A DNA stretch of 62,984 bases, the filler included, from Octopus bimaculoides (lineage: Eukaryota): assembly GCF_001194135.2 (NCBI RefSeq). It is 4 parts of 4 records of this genome, joined end to end, with 100 filler letters (N's around TTAATTAATTAA, not from the genome) between each part and the next. Parts side by side here need not be neighbours in the genome. Positions count along the whole stretch, not along the records: positions 31,758 to 61,552 come from NC_068998.1; 3 more parts are not named here. One strand, 5' to 3'. Of the stretch, positions 36,810 through 51,228 are shown in pieces. Position 1 is the first letter of the stretch; every line of letters starts with the position of its first letter. The notes below the pieces were generated by a model that saw only the letters and a program-made list of their open reading frames with translations, was not told the DNA's origin and searched no databases. The position numbers and the translations under genes are program-made.

Positions 36810-37545
36810 AAGTTTCTTGGTACTAAGATCAACTCATCCAACTGGGAGGTAATAAACGTGAGCTATGGTAAGGTTGAATTCCAGGAGGCAGCACTCAGCA
36901 TTCATTCCGTCTTGGTGGAGACTCGATTGACGTTGAGGGACGTCCTCACCTTTTTTTGCTTCTCAATCCCCTCGAAAGCCGTAAGAGAATGGTTGAAGGC
37001 CAGACTTGCGGACTTGTCAAAGTTTATGGAGAGTTTGCGCCACATTGCCGAGCACCCAGTGTTCCTCCTTTTGAGAAATTATTTTGCCCTGTCCAAGCTC
37101 CTTTTCAGGCTGCGTAGTGTGCTATGTCACCCTATCACAGATCACCATAGTGAAATTGATATCACCATCCGCCGCTGAGCTTAACTGAATGCGCCTGCTG
37201 ACAAAACTTCTCGGGGAATTCCATGGTGTTGACCTCAGTTCCGCCTTGGACTTGGCGCTGCTGATTTATCATTCGTAAATCACCTACAACCGCACGCATA
37301 TCGGTGAGGTACTCCGCGGGATGGCTGAACTCGGTGTCTGAACCTGTAACTGGAGTCACATCTGGCCAATTAGACCGTTGAATATCTTGCCATCTCCCAG
37401 AATACAGATGTTCATCGCAATGGACGACATCAAATGCAGATCTACATTCAAACAGATTGCGACATCGTAATACCAGCGCAGCTTCGCTTGCCTTCGTGCT
37501 CCGAGGCTTGGCTGAACATACCACTTGAATTGGAGGGAACAACCT
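36810..37545 (+). mobile_element. CRE-clade-like non-LTR retrotransposon remnant (RT C-terminus/thumb)
   Basis: GTKINSSNWEVI...LRHIAEHPVFLLLRNYFALSKLLFRLRS...DITIRR...LGLGAADLS...SEAWLNIP follows the CRE pattern LN..K.E / LLR.C...PKL.YLLR / GGLG / GAWL..P. Confidence 0.65.
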
Positions 37546-38091
37546 TTTTCTACGCCTTTTTCTTCATCTTTTGTTGCTTATCCCCACTCGTTTTCCTTTC
37601 TTTGTTTCCTTGTTGAAGTAATTCTGTTTCTATTTCTCTCGATGATTATACTTCTCTCTCTTTATATTTCTCTCTCTTTATACTTTTAATTTTTCCTTTT
37701 CTTATCCCATTTGTGCCACTGATTTTCATTTCATAAGCTGATAATGCATTAGAAGGATGTTTTCGAAAAAAAAAACAGAAACTATAACAACAAACAAGTC
37801 GCATGACCATTTTTATACTTGAAAATATAATTTTCTAAACGTATATCGATTAAAATATGTATACATTGAAATATTTGAAAACAAATACGTTAGGGGATAA
37901 ATTTGATTTACAATAGCGTAATAATATGCGTTCCTACAAGAAAAGATATTGACTATGGTGTGAGGGATGGTAGTAGTGGAATGAGACTTACTGGGAGAAT
38001 GAAGAACACTATCTTCTATTTTATATTTCATCATCGCCATCTGCTTAATGAGCGAAGATCTTGCTTGACGCTTATGGATCATCATCTTTTT

Positions 38092-39530
38092 TTATAAATC
38101 AGTGTAGGTACAAGTATCATTATAAACACCTCTTGCAATTTTCATGTTACGTTCATGATTAGGGTGGTTATGAAGAAAATCATGCTGACCTTCATGTATA
38201 AGTGCCAACTCTTTAGCAATATACTTTGCGGTCGATTTACGTGGAGGCTGTAGAATTTCCGTGATCCCTTTTGCATTCTCAGCTTGTTTGTAAGATAAAC
38301 TTTCTCTATGTGAAACATGCAAATTAACCACATCATTCTCTATGATTTCTTCATTTGCAAGTGTCACAATACTTTCTTAAATTCAATGTAGACTTCATAT
38401 TTGTGGAAATTCATGGGCACATTCTGGTCATATATTTCCAAGCACCATTCAATACTAAGAGTCTTTCTTCATCCCAAGACTCAACTAGGCTATCCGCAAT
38501 ATCCGTTATATCAAAGGTTTTCAAGGAATCTCTATCAGTTGCTTCCATATGATTGTTTCTTAAGTTAGCTATTACACCGTGCTATATTGGCTGGAGCAGA
38601 GAGGTTCTCTCTCATATTATTAGAAAGGCCGTTTAAGCTCATTGTAGGGAGGGGGTTTTGTGCCATGTCTAAATTGGGGAAAGCATTGTTGTATATATTG
38701 TGTTTAGCACTGTACCTTTCTACAGTAGGATAGAGGATGTGTGCCTTAATCACTCTTCGAAAAACCATTTAGTAATCCATGCCATCTTGTTTGAACGCCA
38801 AAACAGAAATAAATAAAATTTTGCGTAATCCTTGAAAGCTCTTGAATTTCAGAGAGACACATGATTAGGAATTACATTTTCATTTTATCAGCGACATTTC
38901 TTCAGGGATTTTAAAATCCAGGTGTCGGTTTTTATTTTCGAAAAATGAAACTTATCACAGGCATGAGCTTTCAGAAATAAAATACATTTTCGTCAATATT
39001 GTTCTGGTGTGTATATCTGTCCAGTAATAATTTTTTACAGCTTCTCGAAATAATTAGTAGCAACATGTCTATCAGTACTGAAGCTTCACCTGTCAACTTT
39101 TATGTTGTGCATATATAAGCGTTTCTTAACTAGGAAGGAAAATGTTTTTCATTAGAAATTTCACCTTTTCTACAAATCATCGTAAAAAACATTTGGCTTT
39201 TGTTAATTACTATTGCGTTTATCGGTACAATGCATTGAGTCCAATCTCCGATCCATACACAAAAAGAGTCCCATTATAAATATCACATTAAATATTTGAA
39301 TAAATAAAATGTGAGCATTTAACAAATTTGCTTTTTCAGCATTTGGCTTAATTTTTTCTCTACTGTCAAGTACTTTTCCACTGTAGACATTGTGCTTTAA
39401 TGATCTGGTAAAATGGCTCATAGTTTTCTCCCGCATCAACGCATTTTACAACATCAAGTTTAACGTCCCGTGCTATCTGTTTCCTGTCCAGTTTCTCACT
39501 GAAACCTCCAAATTCACTGCACAGATGATT
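38092..39530 (-). pseudogene. Tigger/pogo-family transposase relic
   Basis: In order on the minus strand: RKQIARDVKLDVVKCVDAGE...SREKIK (HTH-psq); LYPTVERYSAKHNIYNNAFPNLDMA (DDE_1); FDITDIADSLVESWDE...LNGAWK; NHPNHERNMKIARGVYNDTCTY (C-terminus). Frameshifted; TIRs not resolved. Confidence 0.85.
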
Positions 39531-40245
39531 TCTTTCGCGACATCTTGTATTGTAGGTAAATCTAACTGCGAAATCGATCAATAATTATCTACAACAATTT
39601 CAGTTAAATAAACTATCTACCTCTTCGATACCTTAAGGTATGGCATGAATCATTCCCCTAAACTCCAATTGTTGGTGCGCGGTGTTTAGTTTGCCTTCAG
39701 ATTCCAGATATGTATAGCTAACTTCGTAGTTTCCTTTTTATCTACGTGTCGGAAAGACGACTGGTAGCTTGCGCATCATTTTTTAAATCATCTTCGCATA
39801 TACCAATATAATTTTTGTATTTTGATTATTTTATTTTAGAGCAATGTTGGAGTAATGGCTTAAACATAATAAATCGCTCAGCTGATCCTGCATGCCTGGT
39901 CAAATGGGTTAGTTTCTGGGTTTCAACAGTTGCAACTTGGAGTTGGTTCTTGGTGTGACGTGCAAGTGATACCTTTAACGTTGGAGCAGCAAATGTATGA
40001 AACATATTTATCAGTAATTACATTTATACCTATATAAGTACATACAGATATGCATGCAACATGCACGTACACACACACACACACACGAACACACACACAC
40101 ACACTTACAAACGGACGTGCATATAAACATATATTACTGGTGCTATAGTAGTAATTTTTACAATACTGTGTACGTATATTAAGATCTGAAGCTTTTTAAA
40201 CACGGATCAATTGGTCTTATGTACACGCACGAACAATCGCAAAGT

Positions 40246-40279
<34 letters not shown>

Positions 40280-40282
40280 GAA

Positions 40283-40317
<35 letters not shown>

Positions 40318-40367
40318 NNNNNNNNNNNNNNNNNNNNNNNNNNNNNNNNNNNNNNNNNNNNNNNNNN

Positions 40368-40403
<36 letters not shown>

Positions 40404-42120
40404 TGGAGTGTGTGTATGTTTGTGTGTACGTATATTAACATCGGAAGCTTTTTAAGCAATGAATTTAAGTTTTACGTCACCATTTATTCAAATGACAGAA
40501 GTAGAAATGTACTGTGACAAGATATAAGCAAAAACATTCTCATCCATTGAGATTTCATTGGTTAACAAATACTCTTTTGAAATTCATCTTCCGTTCATTT
40601 ATTCAACTTTATTCACAGAACACTTGATAAGTACTTGTAAATCTATCTTTTCATAATTTTCTGAATGTGTGCATGCAAGGAAAGCAGCTATTATTTATGA
40701 AGTTTTACTCTTAATGAATACAGAATTGTTTCCTCTTTAATTATATGTCCCTGCTTCAGTGTATGTCAAATCTTTATATCGAAAATAACCTATTTTAGCC
40801 TGTAGCTGGTTGAACATTACAACACAAATAAACGAACAATAATCAAAATTTTTAAGTAACTTGACATACTGAAGAGCAGTTTAACGGCAAATGAATTATA
40901 TTATCGATTATATTCCAAGGTTAATCAAATAACTTTTATGTATTACCGAAAATTTCTGACCCTTAGATGAAGTACATTATTTCGAATTTCATGATAGTTT
41001 ACATTTGTTTAATTTATTATACATAAATGCTACCAAATAGTCTGAATTTGCATTACCCCTAACTCCTCACGATTAAGAAGTCTACAGGACATTATATTCA
41101 AATCACAATGCAAATCGGTGCCTAATTTCATCAGATTTTATGTGTACATTGCAAATTAGATTCCGGAAAGGGTACACATGGAAACCATCCACGTTAATTT
41201 TGATGTTAATAACCTACACGAGAGAGCGCAGGAGATACTTGAATTCATGTTAGATAAATACCTAGAAATAATTCATGAGTGATTCCTAAAAGAATTCAGT
41301 GAAGCAGTATTGTGACTAATGCTTGAAAATAATTACTTCTCTGTCTGACAACCAATAATTCCTCCAAACGAAAGGCACAGTAAAGTCACCCTACTTCCGC
41401 AACACTGCAGGTTTTCGAAGAAAAATATCTGTACCCAGTTAAAGTTTACTTTCGATAACAGGTTTAAGACTTAAGACTTATTTAAAAGGAATCTTGAAAA
41501 TCAATCTCCTTGGTCTTGTGTTTTTGGAATAGAATTGCGGAGGAACTTACGAGATTTCACAAATTAATCAATAACATTCATGAATCATTTTAAGTTTTTA
41601 ACGAACAAAAAGAAAACAAAAAAAAAAACCAATCCACATGTTCATTTAGGTCATCCTATTCATTAAGGGAAATGAAGTTGTTACAGCTGATCTCAACTGA
41701 AGCTACTAGGATGTTAGATTTAGTGATCTACCACATGCTGAAAGAAACATTTCATTTAATATGACGCATCATATGTGAGTTGAAGATTGAAGTAGAATAC
41801 AGATACAATTGGAAGAAATTAAATATTCCTTCGGAGATAAAAATACTCGGAAGACTTGATTAAGTTTTCCTGATACAATCATAGAAAAACGCATCCCAAT
41901 ATTGATTAGGAAGACATTTTTGCAATGAAGAGGAGAACGAATGAAACCATTCTCTTTGTACTCACTGACAATGCTGGAAACCACAATAAAACCAGGATAT
42001 TTTCAATTCCTATACCAATTAAGAAATCTGAATGAAATTATTACAAAGGTATAGATTGACAATAATCGGCAACCGCTACGTGATTAAAAAAAAAAGTTAC
42101 TCTTCTCGTAACATCGACAG

Positions 42121-42147
42121 ATTTACATAGTAAGAAGAATGATGCAG
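42121..42147 (+). CDS. Candidate 27-nt symmetric (phase 1) microexon
   Basis: Flanked by tcttctcgtaacatcgacag and CAG/GTAAGG; reads xLHSKKNDA without a stop. Confidence 0.25.
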
Positions 42148-42839
42148 GTAAGGAAGTGTAAAGAATTGTTAGGATGTATGATGTTATCGAACTAGATGAA
42201 TATATGAAAACCAAAAATGGAAAGGTGCTCAATATTAATCAAATATGAATTGCAAATCGAAAGAATCAAAATTCACCGCATAACATGTGTGCAACGCAAA
42301 TATAACTATATTGGCCAAAATATCAGATTTAAATACAAAGAGTCGAGGTGGATACATAAAAAACTAATAAAATAAAAACACTTTATTCCGAATACTCTGT
42401 GTTATGAATATCTAAATATTTGTGCAAATAGGAGATTAAGAATGTTTTAAATAAGCGAAGAAAATAAATACAATGCAGAAGGCCGTTTCAAAATGTTTTC
42501 AATCTCAGATTAAACGGAATATAAATACTGACAATATGCCATATACAGTTTCACTGTAGTTGAAAGAGATAACCTTTTTTGTCATATTATCACAACTACG
42601 TCAGAGCAACTTAATAGTTTTTAAAAAAAATATATCTAATAGTTTTTAAAAATATATCTAATAGTTTTAACTGTCTTTGAATTTGTGAAATTACTCGCAC
42701 AAATTCATATATTTTATTAAACATGGGTCCAGAGAAGTAATCAGTACAATCGTATACTGCACTAGTTTATTTTGGCCTGTTTAATGACCCCTTCCTTTGG
42801 CGATTCTCTTGTGAGCAGCCACCTTATCAGATAAACTAG

Positions 42840-42924
<85 letters not shown>

Positions 42925-43019
42925 TCTCTTTCTTTCTTTCTTTATCTCTCTCTTTCTCTCTCTCTCTCTGTATATATATTAAAATATAATATAATATACA
43001 GGTCGGCATAAGCTGCAAG

Positions 43020-43925
43020 TATCCCCTACGGAAAGCTCAGCTTGTGTTCAATAAGTACACGAAGAGCCAGGATCCTGTTAGTAGTTGACCTCTTCGGTGT
43101 TAAACTTGGTAGCCCTATAATTGTTGCAGCTGCTGCGATCAACTTTACCTTTTCTAAGTGGGATAATTTTGCTCCATATCCAGTGACGCAGTATGAGGCC
43201 TCTTCTCTTTTGCAGCAGGCAAACCGAGTTTTATCATCTCCCATGGATTCCACAAACAGGCTGACTTCCCATCTTCCAGCTGATTTACCGCCGTACGAAC
43301 CTTGCCTTCGAACAGCAGATCACAGCTGACTGGATGGTCGGTCACCAGTGATGAAAGCATCGTGGTATTCAGATCTGATCTGTAATAGGTGGGTCCTCCT
43401 TATAGAACTCCTTAAAGTATGACAACCCAGCTAGTCACCACCTTGGGCTCCTCCACCATCAGAGTCTAAGATTCCAGAACACCGAGAGGAAGGCTTCACC
43501 CCCACATGAGCATAACATTCCTCAACACGTGAGTTGGATACGTAAGGCTGACACACGAATTCTTCGGAGGTTTCTCATACTTGCTTTTCCTTCTCGGATC
43601 TCAGTGCCCTGACTACCCCACATCTCAGCCTCCGAAAGAAATCACCAGGGATTACACACAGTCTCGCCCTGCGGCTACGCTCCACCAATGCAAGGGTCAA
43701 TTTCGGAAAGCAATAACTTCTCATGCAGTCAACAGCAGGCTATCACTGTACGTTTCCCACATCTCCACAGGATCTGACGAGGAGCACAGCTAGCACAGAT
43801 TCAAGTTGCTGCGAATAAGTTTTGCTTAAACTGTTCTCTGTGAGCCTACCAATATCCAGTTTGGGACTGGCTGCCTTCAGGCTCTTAGACTGCAGTCGAA
43901 ATCTCAACTCGGACACAAGAACAGC
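43020..43925 (-). mobile_element. RTE LINE internal remnant (post-endonuclease tether to RT N-terminus)
   Basis: LVSELRFRLQSK...KLDIGRLTE; VRTAVNQLEDGKSA...EMIKLG; LTPKRSTTNRILALRVLIEHKLSF. Confidence 0.75.
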
Positions 43926-44697
43926 TGTAAGACTGAATATTTTTCAAATAATAATAATGTATATGACTTTACATATTTGCCTTGCCTTAAGATTCGTTAT
44001 CCTCTTCAACAAATACACACACACACACACACATATATGTATATGTACATATATATATACACACATATATATATACACACACATATATATATATATATAT
44101 ATTTACATATATATATATATATGTACATATATATATATTTATAGGTATATATGTACATATATACACACATGCGCGCGCACACACACACACATACACACAC
44201 ATAATAATGCTTATGAGTCAAAATGCTTTAGGCTGAACAAATGTTTATATCTATGTAGGTGTGGTGTGTATGTATTTACGTATGTATGTATGCATGTTTG
44301 TATGTATGAATGTATGTATGTTTCTATGTATACATATATACATGTATGCATGTATGAACACACTCTTTATCGGCGGCCGGGGTAAATATATGTATCTTTT
44401 CCTGGCATATATATATGCGTTGGTGTGTATGAAGAGATGATAGTGTTTGAACTCTTTAGTACTTATATTCCTGTGGGAATTCCTGGAAGACGTATGTCTA
44501 GATGGATTCCGTTCATTACCTTACCGTCTTTTCCTTGTGTGCAGTGAACGATGGAACAAGATGCTTTAATGCATATGGTAGTATGTTATTAGAGGTAGAT
44601 TTGGTTGCTCTTTCTAGCAGATCAATCCTGTAAGTCTTCCCTGGTTCGTTCAATTTATCAGTGTGAACAAGAGTTTGTGTGTGTGGCAGGGGTTTGT

Positions 44698-44736
<39 letters not shown>

Positions 44737-44963
44737 TGTGTGAGTGTGTGTGTGTGGTTATTTCCATCTGACGTCTGTTAACTAAGAAGTTTAACCTTGT
44801 TAATAAATATCCGCAGAGAGTGTTGGGTGTTCGTTAAGCGGAAACTAAGGATTGTAATGACATATTTTGTTAACAAGATATGAAAATACCTTTTAACTGC
44901 AATACGATATTCAGATCGATAGTTATCAATTACTATTCTCACTGCATCACTTTCTTTCTACAG

Positions 44964-45022
44964 CTGCACTTGAACTGCTGAAGAAGCAACGAAAAGAGAG
45001 AGAAAAAAATATTTGCGAATGA
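44964..45022 (+). CDS. Candidate terminal coding exon
   Basis: Strong acceptor tttctttctacag; phase-1 reading xALELLKKQRKEREKNICE*. Confidence 0.3.
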
Positions 45023-46719
45023 AAATAAATAAGAATTATAAAAAGAAATATAAAATAAGCTTGAAAAGTAACATCCCCACCATTCCTCGTGAAATGCACT
45101 CAATGATTTTTGAAAAAAAAATATTCGAAATCTCGTGCAATAAAGTTGAAGGCAATCTTTTGAGATTGTTCGAGTTTGGGAGCATGAATATGGGCGGGAG
45201 GTATCATGTTGTAATTCTGATTGTTAACCTCATTGGCCTCAGTGATTGCAATTCAAGGGGCAGGTTTGGTAGCTAGACGATAAATTACGGCAATACCTTA
45301 GGGTAGAATCTGAGCAGAGCATGGTGAGCTAATGGCAAATTCGACAAATTTACTGTACAGTACTTCAAATATTTTGTAGTAGGCGGCAACTTGACAAAGT
45401 TGTTACAGCTTTTGAACAGAATGCTGCGTAGTATTTGGTTCGAATCTCTCCATTGTGAGTTCAAACCTCACCGAAATCGACTATGTTTTTCATCTTTCCG
45501 AGATCAATGAAACTGTACTTGTCCGAAGCAGACTGGTGGGATTATAAATGAATCAGATGAGATACGTTGTGAAAACAGTTTCAGTACGTGCATTCTGAAT
45601 TAAAATCGCTTCCTGTCATCAAAGAAGAGTAAATCAATGAAAGCATAGTTTGCTCTTTTCGATTGGAACTTCGACGAACCAAAACCGCAACGTCTTTCTT
45701 CACCATTATTGTAAGTCCAATAATAGTCACAATTTGTCAGCGGTCATCTTTTTTCGCTTTCACATATTTATGAATATGTATCATTTCAGTTTTTTTATAC
45801 ACATCTTCCCCTTGCTGGACCAACTTAGGTTGATCAAGCATATACACAGGTCTATGCTTGAATTACATCTTTTCAGCCATGAATCTTGAGCCTTAATTTC
45901 AGAAATGACTAGCATTTTGTTTTTTTTTTTCTTGGAAAAAATGTGAATCATAGTACAGAAGGTTTAGAAGACGATAGAAGCAAGGAAGTGAGTACCGCTG
46001 CTTGAACAGATGAATCAAATCCTTAAATGAAATATGAGACTAAATGGCATTGATTTTTACTTCACGCTACCAAAGACCTGGAACTGAGGCAGGAAATGGG
46101 TGGTTTAATTTGACACGGTGCGGTTAAATATATGCTTATTAGCGTGTATTAAATATACCGTATGTGCATTATTGTTTGTACGTACTTATTACTGAGCAAG
46201 AAGACCGTCGTTTCTTTTCTGCGAGCTTGTTTGTGTGCATCGCTGTATTTGTGTTTATGTATGTACGTACGTGTATATATATATATATATNNNNNNNNNN
46301 NNNNNNNNNNNNNNNNNNNNNNNNNNNNNNNNNNNNNNNNNNNNNNNNNNNNNNNNNNNNNNNNNNNNNNNNNNNNNNNNNNNNNNNNNNNNNNNNNNNN
46401 NNNNNNNNNNNNNNNNNNNNNNNNNNNNNNNNNNNNNNNNNNNNNNNNNNNNNNNNNNNNNNNNNNNNNNNNNNNNNNNNNNNNNNNNNNNNNNNNNNNN
46501 ATATATATACATACATACAAACATACGAGATGGCGCCGTCAACATCAGTCGTGTAGGTATGGGAGCGGGACGTTTAACATTTCTCTTTGAGCTTTTTATT
46601 CTACATTTATGCCGATTCCTCCGGGTTAAATCTATTCTTCGAAATATAAGTAAGAGAACCATCTTTTGCTTTCCGAATAAGTAAAATAAATATTCCTTAT
46701 ATAACGTGTAATTTCGCTA

Positions 46720-48060
46720 ACACGATTATGGCAGAAGTTAATAACAAGAACCCCGACGAAACAGCACTACAACAACACCAGTAATTTATGAGAAGACATG
46801 CGAATCAGTCTCATTTTACGTAAACTCTACATCTAAATTATCATCTACTTCGATGCTATGCAAAATTTCCGTGATGACTCTTCTGTCAAATATACCAAGT
46901 GATTAAAATGATACTGGAACGAAGCTCACCCCAGCTTAAACACCTTTGCTAAGAAACAACTTCTGCAAGAACAAGCTTGTTTAAGAAAAATAGCTCGCTC
47001 TTGTGATGTAAATCAATTTTCTCAAAACGCTGAGAATTGATCAAAACCTTTCAAATCTAAGCTAACCGCTACTGGCGTCACTAAATTCTCGTATCTCTCT
47101 AAATGTAACTTAGTCAACAGAAACAACTGTTAAACAATCAACTTGACAACATCTTGACAACACAATTCGCAGAAAAATGTCTACTCTTTTTGAAACTATC
47201 ATGAAGCAATTTGTCTTTCTTGACCAGATTAAGAAAAGTCAAACAACTCTAATGTTGAAAGTTATTGACGATGTTGCTGGATAACACATGGAATCATGTG
47301 ATGTTAATTACTAGAATATGAATAACCTCATATACACAGCTGCAATCATACTCAAACAATACCTAGGAGATATCTGCAGCATACACAGTAATGAATTACT
47401 AAACAAAAGTATTCTAGATGGAAAACAAAAATTGAAGACAACGTTAGCAATCTGCGCAACCATATTAGATGATTAACCACGATAAGAAAATGTAAGAGGA
47501 ATAATGAGTTTACACCTCATCAATTACGTCTTATGAATAAATGAACAAAACTCTATGGTGACTCTTCACACCAAGCTCTTGAAGGAGGTTAATTACTCTA
47601 CAACTCAAAATAAGGGCGTTGAGCGAAAATATTCGCTACTGCAGGTGAATTATTGGTCGAGCCTATATAAATCGCAAGTATGCTTCTAATCTAGAGACGT
47701 TATACTGAGAGATGCGGAAGAAAAATATTCGCGTTAAGAAAGTCCCATCATAAATCTTGAATCATTCTGGCTGAAAATCTGAAACGAATAGAGGGATCTC
47801 AGCCTTAATGCATCGTAGCAGAACATCAACAGTAAAACAAATCTAATTGACCCGGAAACTTCCACTATAGCTGTAGGCAATGTGCATAATGAGAAGGCAC
47901 CTGTAAGGGACCTGATAGTTGAATACTGGTATAACAGGCTGACATTTCATAGGAAATCTAAAATATGCATAAATCATAAGCACTATGGAAAGCCAAATTG
48001 ACATACTGAACTTGGCTTGTTATAACAAAGACAAACCCTGTAGTTAAGAATAAAACCACT
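46720..48060 (+). mobile_element. R4/Dong-like LINE, decayed N-terminal region up to the RT start
   Basis: Fragments YWNEAHPSL...LLQEQA; MNNLIYTAA; RWKTKIEDNVSNLRNHI; ESFWLKI; EKAPVRDLIVEYWYNRLTFH follow the R4-clade order, with many stops and frameshifts. Confidence 0.65.
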
Positions 48061-48136
48061 ATATATTAGGCGTATTTGCTTGGCTCGATATAGAAATAGA
48101 TCGATAACGCCAGCTGGACACCCACAGACCAGGTAC

Positions 48137-48210
<74 letters not shown>

Positions 48211-48262
48211 GTCTGTCTGCCTATTTACCTGTCTATCTATNNNNNNNNNNCCTATTTACCTG

Positions 48263-48317
<55 letters not shown>

Positions 48318-48345
48318 CTCTGTCCCTCTCTCTCTATCTTTCTAT
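48137..48345. repeat. (ATCT)n tetranucleotide repeat
   Basis: Direct reading; similar tracts at 51915-51960 and 56782-56853. Confidence 0.95.
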
Positions 48346-48390
48346 CTACCTATCTATGCATATAGGTACATGCATATTCATGTATGTAAA

Positions 48391-48442
<52 letters not shown>

Positions 48443-48564
48443 CATATTTTCACCTCTTTACCGAACCGCTCTGTTGCCAGAACGGAAACAAACAAACANN
48501 NNNNNNNNTGCATATTTTCACCTCTTTACCGAACCGCTCTGTTGCCAGAATGGAAACAAACAAA

Positions 48565-48845
48565 CACCGGCTGTTAAGCGATGGTGCGGGATAAACACAA
48601 ACACACACACACAAACACACACACATATATAGATGTACACATATACATACATATATATACATATATGTACGTACACGGCAGGATTCTTACAGTTTCCGTC
48701 AACCAAATCCACTTACAAGGCGTTGGTCGGCCTGAGACTATAGTAAAAGAATCTACAGCAGTCAAGATGCCACGCAGTAGATACGAGCCCGGCGCTATAT
48801 CGTTGGGAAGCAAACTTCTTACTACATAGCAACGCCTGCGCCTAT
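48565..48845 (-). mobile_element. SINE family B, CpG-rich copy
   Basis: Reverse-complement head, CORE remnant and central microsatellite. Confidence 0.8.
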
Positions 48846-49241
48846 CAGCTTACTTTTAGTTTTTAAATCTGATGTATATATTTCTAGATACGTGGTTCCA
48901 TTTGTGTAGGAGTGTATATGACTGCACTCTATGCCCATTACATACACAAGAAGTCGATCTCAATATTCTAAAGAAAGAATAAAAATATTCTATATTCTAT
49001 GGGTGAAGAATCGGAAAGTCTACGGATTCTACTAACTTCCGGTCAGCGGCAATACTAATATAATGTTAACTATTCACTTGAAGATAACTTCTTTTCTAAA
49101 GGTCAAAAATAGATAGCAATAACCATGAAAATAATTGTCACAATTCGTGCGAAAAGCTTTATAAAAATATAAATAATAATACTTGTAGATAGAGTAGCGT
49201 GCACCCCTGTTTGTGCCTGTATGCGTATATGTGTATGTATG

Positions 49242-49294
<53 letters not shown>

Positions 49295-49773
49295 NNNNNN
49301 NNNNNNNNNNNNNNNNNNNNNNNNNNNNNNNNNNNNNNNNNNNNNNNNNNNNNNNNNNNNNNNNNNNNNNNNNNNNNNNNNNNNNNNNNNNNNNNNNNNN
49401 NNNNNNNNNNNNNNNNNNNNNNNNNNNNNNNNNNNNNNNNNNNNNNNNNNNNNNNNNNNNNNNNNNNNNNNNNNNNNNNNNNNNNNNNNNNNNNNNNNNN
49501 NNNNNNNNNNNNNNNNNNNNNNNNNNNNNNNNNNNNNNNNNNNNNNNNNNNNNNNNNNNNNNNNNNNNNNNNNNNNNNNNNNNNNNNNNNNNNNNNNNNN
49601 NNNNNNNNNNNNNNNNNNNNNNNNNNNNNNNNNNNNNNNNNNNNNNNNNNNNNNNNNNNNNNNNNNTATACATGTATATATATATATATATATACATGTA
49701 TATATATGTGTGTATGTATATATACATATATATGTATATATATACATGCATTATATATATACTTATTCATACA

Positions 49774-49804
<31 letters not shown>

Positions 49805-50162
49805 CAGCTTGAGCGTGTACACCTTTGCGGATAAGTGTGCAGTTGTTCGTTGCAACCCATTCGATATTTTAAAATAACAAAGTCTTTCTTTACCCTAATT
49901 TTTTTATTCTTGATACTTGATACTTCAGATTCTCATCTCCTATTTGGTATTCTGTAAAGAATACTATTGATTCAAACTTTGGCAATCCTATCACATAGCT
50001 ATTTAGGACCTATTTTCAGCTTCACTAATTTCGATGGTTAGTTTTATATTCTGGTTTCTTCCTGTCTACCAATTCTTCTAGTTTCCTGCTTATCCCTGTC
50101 GCTCTGCCTGTCAGTATGTTTGTATGTATGCTCGCATGTATGTATGTATGTATGTATGTATG

Positions 50163-50193
<31 letters not shown>

Positions 50194-50276
50194 CTCGCTA
50201 TCAGGTAATCAATCTATCTGTCTGTTCGACTTCACCCCGGTTTGTATTTGTATATACTTGGTCTTTGATTTGTGAA

Positions 50277-50315
<39 letters not shown>

Positions 50316-51193
50316 TCGAGAGTGTGTATGAGTGTGTGTACGTATGTATATATATATATATATATATATGGATGTATTTGTTTCACACGCAATCCTTCAT
50401 GTGATCGTGTATACGTGTTTGTGTGTTTGCAATTACATACGTATATATTTATAAATACAAGCATGTGTATGTGCGTGTGCATGTGTGTGTGTATATGTGT
50501 GTGAGTGTGCGTGTGTATGTGTGTGTGTATGTATACATAGATAGGTACGTACATACAAATACGTACATGCCTTCATACATGTGTGTGTTTTTGTGTATAC
50601 TGCATGCATGTAATGTTCGGATGTCTGTACGTACATATGTATGTATGTATGTATGTATGTATGAATTTCTAAACATACTGGAAACTGTATGATATATAGG
50701 TAAAAATATACAAAAGATATACCTAAGACGTCTGCAGACTCATTCAAATAGCAAAAAATTACCTGTTTTATTTCGATATTTATTTTATTCTAGAGTATGA
50801 TATTTTCATTTATTTTCGTAATTAACCTTGAATTTATCTTCGTTAGCTGTATGCCAACATACTCTATATATTTTGGAATTAATGTTCACATATCCTTAAT
50901 ATAATGATTGAATTAGTGTATATATATATATAAAATTTCAAAGTCAGTTTTAAAAACCTAATGATTTATAAAAATCTAATTATTTAATGTGGAAAAAATA
51001 TCAGAAAAGCCATTTCTATTGATTTTACAAATGAGATTTTTCCTAGATAATTATTGTGATTAGTGATTCTAAAATTACTCGCAGAACAAATATACTTGAA
51101 GTAGAGAACACATAAAAGCAAGTTATGATAAACATGATGAGGTTGTCCCAGTGATGTATAAATGAAAGAATGAATGAGTGTGTGAGTCTGAGT

Positions 51194-51228
<35 letters not shown>

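Noticed and set aside
46520-46720. Possible HDV-like ribozyme in the 5' region of the R4-like element
   Set aside because: I could not draw the nested double pseudoknot by eye; it needs a descriptor search.
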